A DNA stretch of 55,016 nucleotides, the filler included, from Thelocarpon superellum (lineage: Eukaryota), in assembly GCA_026025795.1 (NCBI GenBank). It is 2 parts of 2 records of this genome, joined end to end, with 100 filler letters (N's around TTAATTAATTAA, not from the genome) between each part and the next. Parts side by side here need not be neighbours in the genome. Positions count along the whole stretch, not along the records: positions 27,610 to 55,016 come from JAPEUG010000246.1; 1 more part is not named here. One strand, given 5' to 3'. The position numbers were made by a program, and so were the translations under genes. Below, one piece after another: positions 52,274 through 55,016 of the stretch. The stretch's first letter is position 1. Every line of letters begins with the position of its first letter. A model generated the notes under the pieces. It did not search any database. It had not been told where the DNA came from and saw nothing but the letters and a program-made list of their open reading frames with translations.

Positions 52274-54249
52274 TCAAGGATAGATGACAATCCGGGTAAA
52301 GGTAGCGAGGTAGGTGCGGCGCAGATCAGCCATCAAGTCATTGGAAGCACGAAGGACCGCGGCGCCGTCCGGGTCAGTCGTCCAGGCCTGTGGGGCCGTG
52401 GTGCGCCAGATGGTGCTGGAGGCATCTCCCGCGGGCGGAAAGAGAAAGGCGTCGTCGGGGTCGATGGTCGGATCGTCGGGCACGGTGATGCTGCTCCTGT
52501 CCGGGTATTGCACTTGCTGGTAGTTCTGCGCCACGACGCTGTCAAGACTGCTCGTCGCCAGCGGCACCATCAGGCTGTTGAGCTCGAGATACGTGCTTCG
52601 GCTCGGCGCCACGTTCATCCATTGCTTGTACGCCACTTGGACTCTGCTGCGGCCGCCGCGCCGAGGGGGAACCGTGGCGGCGTAGCCTGTTGGGCGTGCA
52701 TGTCCTGGTTAGTCTGGTCTGGTCTGATCTCACTGCAGCCACGACGCGGGTGTGCCGCCTGTCGCCTTCGCAACTGCGGTCCCGAGGTGGACGTACCTGG
52801 GTTCCAGTTCGTGCCCTGTCTCACTCGTTCCGATCGCTCCATCTGTGTGCCGTTATTTACGGCTTCCGTGGCCCACGTCTTGTATTCGTCCTTGTCATCC
52901 GACCACATCATGTCATTTTTCGCCAGCTCCTGCGCTCTGGCTTGCAAGTCGTCGAACTTGCTCCGTAGACGGGCCCTGGACTGCGCCGGATGATGGACAG
53001 GGGCGTTGGCGTCGAGAAACTGGGTCACTTGCGTTTGCGCGTCGGTGATCAATGGCTCATTGTATGCTTCTGTGAGAAGGGTAAAGGCCTTCACCAGGTC
53101 TTGTTGCGTCGAGGACTGTCCCACGTGGCGGAAAGCGTTCCATACCTCCGCTTGAGTTCGACGCGTGAAGATCGGCATGTCCGAAATGCCGCGTAAGAGG
53201 CTCTTGCGGTCCACGATGATGACTTGAGATGGTAGGTTGAAGTAAGCTTGCTCCAGCTCGTTTGTCATGGCTCCCATGTCGGCTGTCGTGTCTGCGTCTA
53301 GGATCTGCGTCTCTGCTCGACTTAGTCGTGTGCCGCAACGACGAGTGGACCGGGCGGCGGGCGGTCAAGACTCACCCAACAGTCGACTCATCCCCGCCAA
53401 GTTGCCCCCGCCTTGGAACGTCACCAGCTTCGATCTCCCCCACACCGCTCCAAAGGCCTTTCGCTGCTCCTGTTTATTCGGCCGATGCCAGGCGTTGATC
53501 GTCTTTCGGAGCTGGGCGTACTGCGGCGTCAACTGCAGCCTTTTCCGCGACACGGCGCCCTTCTGAGCCTCAGCCGTCGCCTCGGTCCACCAGACGGCAA
53601 ACTCATGGATCGGACGCAGCGCAACGATGGTCGGAGCATTAAGCCGAGCTATTTTGGCTTCCACGCTCACGTAGGCGTGACGTAGGGAGTCAAGGATGGT
53701 CTCGCTCTGGTTCTGCGTGTAAGGGCGGCCGGTCTGCAATGCCAGTGAATCTTGATACGCCTGCGCCACTGGTCCCCACCGTGCGTCGTCTGCGTCTAAT
53801 GCGGTCGGGCCTTGGTGTACGCGGCTACGTATGCTGAAGGAGATCGGGACAATCTTCTCGTCCTGCAGTTTTTGCAGGAAAGTCCGCAGGGTGTCGTGCC
53901 ACAGAGACGAGCTGGACCCGCCCCCGGTGAAAATGTGCTTGACGGGAAACTGCTCGGGCTGGCAGCTCAGCCGGCGGTGCGTCTCCAAGGCTTGCCTCAA
54001 GATGGTGGTGACGGCGAAAATATTCTCTGGTTTGACGTCGGTGAAGATGACGATTTCCCTGTCGCACCTCTCTTCGGGTTGCGGATACGTCGCGGCTGGA
54101 CACGCCCCGCCGTCGGCCGCTTGGGCGTTGGCGTTGGCGTTGACGTTGGCCACGTCGCCTAGCTGGCTCGTTGGTGGACAGATCCATCGGAGGAGGCCTA
54201 GCACGGCCACGCTGATCTCGACCGGGCCAAAACAAGACAATGGCTTCAT
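52274..54249 (-). CDS. Lineage-specific ~600-aa protein, possibly secreted, with a divergent nucleoside-hydrolase-like core
   Basis: Three ORF-track fragments join in frame through canonical introns 53375-53313 (GTGAGT..ACTAAG..CAG) and 52796-52687 (GTACGT..ACTAAC..CAG). Motifs EIVIFTDVKPENIFAV, TIVALRPIHEF and KLVTFQGG. Gene model is well supported; fold call is tentative. Confidence 0.65.
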
Positions 54250-54806
54250 TTTAGGGATGCCGTAGCTTTGGCCTGAGGGTCGGATCCGGACGGACTCGCG
54301 CAATGCCACATTCTTTCGTCGAGCCTACTTGTTTTGATTCATCATGGGCGAGGCGGTGAAGGATATAAATGAGTCGCACGGGAACGACGGTGGGACAGTG
54401 GGACAGTGGTGATCCGGCGAAGTGGGGAGCCAGATCGTCGGGACTGGCACCTCGCTGCTAAAGCCATTGATTTGAGGATTCAATGTAAGCTGATGCTGGC
54501 TCCCAGCGCCCGTGGTGGTCTGGGCCATGCTGATGTCCCGGGGGGGAGGTCTCCCAGAGAGCAATGCGGGAGCCTGTCAAGCATCCTGCCGTTCATGTAG
54601 CGAAACCCGGCGCTTCCCACTCACGTGGGTATATGCAAGCTGCCGGTATACTTCTCTGGTCCAGGATCGCATTGTCGGTCTCCCATGCAACGCCCTTGCC
54701 CTGCCAATGGGTCGACATGGCATTTGGCCATTATTCACGAGATTAGGTACACATACTCGTGCCCGCTCTCGTGGGGAGTGCCGAGGCACCCTTTCTTACC
54801 TAATAC

Positions 54807-55016
54807 CTACCTGGTGGGACTAGGCGTTAGGTTAGGGACCTCCCTAGATGGATAGGCGAGAGCGACATTTGAGCGCTGCTTCCTCGCCTCGTCCCGTCTC
54901 TCGTATCCGAGTATGACAGGCAACGAGATTATCGTCAATGCCACCCCGTCCGCAACATGATTGGACATAGTGACGACGTGCTCAGCCTCCTTGAACTCCT
55001 CCGCGGAGATCACTGG
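54807..55016 (-). CDS. Possible 3' end of an unidentified gene entering from the right edge
   Basis: Frame is open from the window edge to a stop at 54807 (PVISAEEFKEAEHVVTMSNHVADGVALTIISLPVILGY...). No family recognised. Confidence 0.35.
   Translation of the reverse strand, partial: PVISAEEFKEAEHVVTMSNHVADGVALTIISLPVILGYERRDEARKQRSNVALAYPSREVPNLTPSPTR

Overview
Eukaryotic, GC-rich fungal genomic DNA with Pezizomycotina-type short spliceosomal introns (GT..CTRAY..YAG), so the ORF track shows only exon fragments; gene models were rebuilt by hand from splice signals. An artificial 100-nt spacer (N44-TTAATTAATTAA-N44, 27510-27609) splits the window into two segments that may not be adjacent in the genome. 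Left segment: a small spliced CxxC zinc-finger/Gly-rich gene missed by the ORF track, an FHA tail-anchored protein, a PTH11-like GPCR, TOM70, an ABZ2-like lyase, the cell-wall-integrity MAPK (MpkA/Slt2), a DUF3455-like secreted protein, a PRELI/Ups1 protein, Trp-tRNA synthetase, a hypothetical protein and an intron-containing tRNA-His. Right segment: a 7TM-RGS receptor (GprK-like), a DUG3-like Ntn amidotransferase, a divergent RPB6/TFIIIA pair, MesA/Afi1, a myosin regulatory light chain, a ~4.9 kb gene-free stretch, a GPI-anchored Cys-rich protein, a divergent MED11/TAF5 pair and a divergent nucleoside-hydrolase-like protein. The most unusual signal is the 572-nt first intron of TAF5. It holds a structured region followed by two tandemly duplicated branchpoint/acceptor/micro-exon modules, each of which would truncate TAF5 (candidate poison-exon regulation). 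All product calls come from motif recognition, not database searches.
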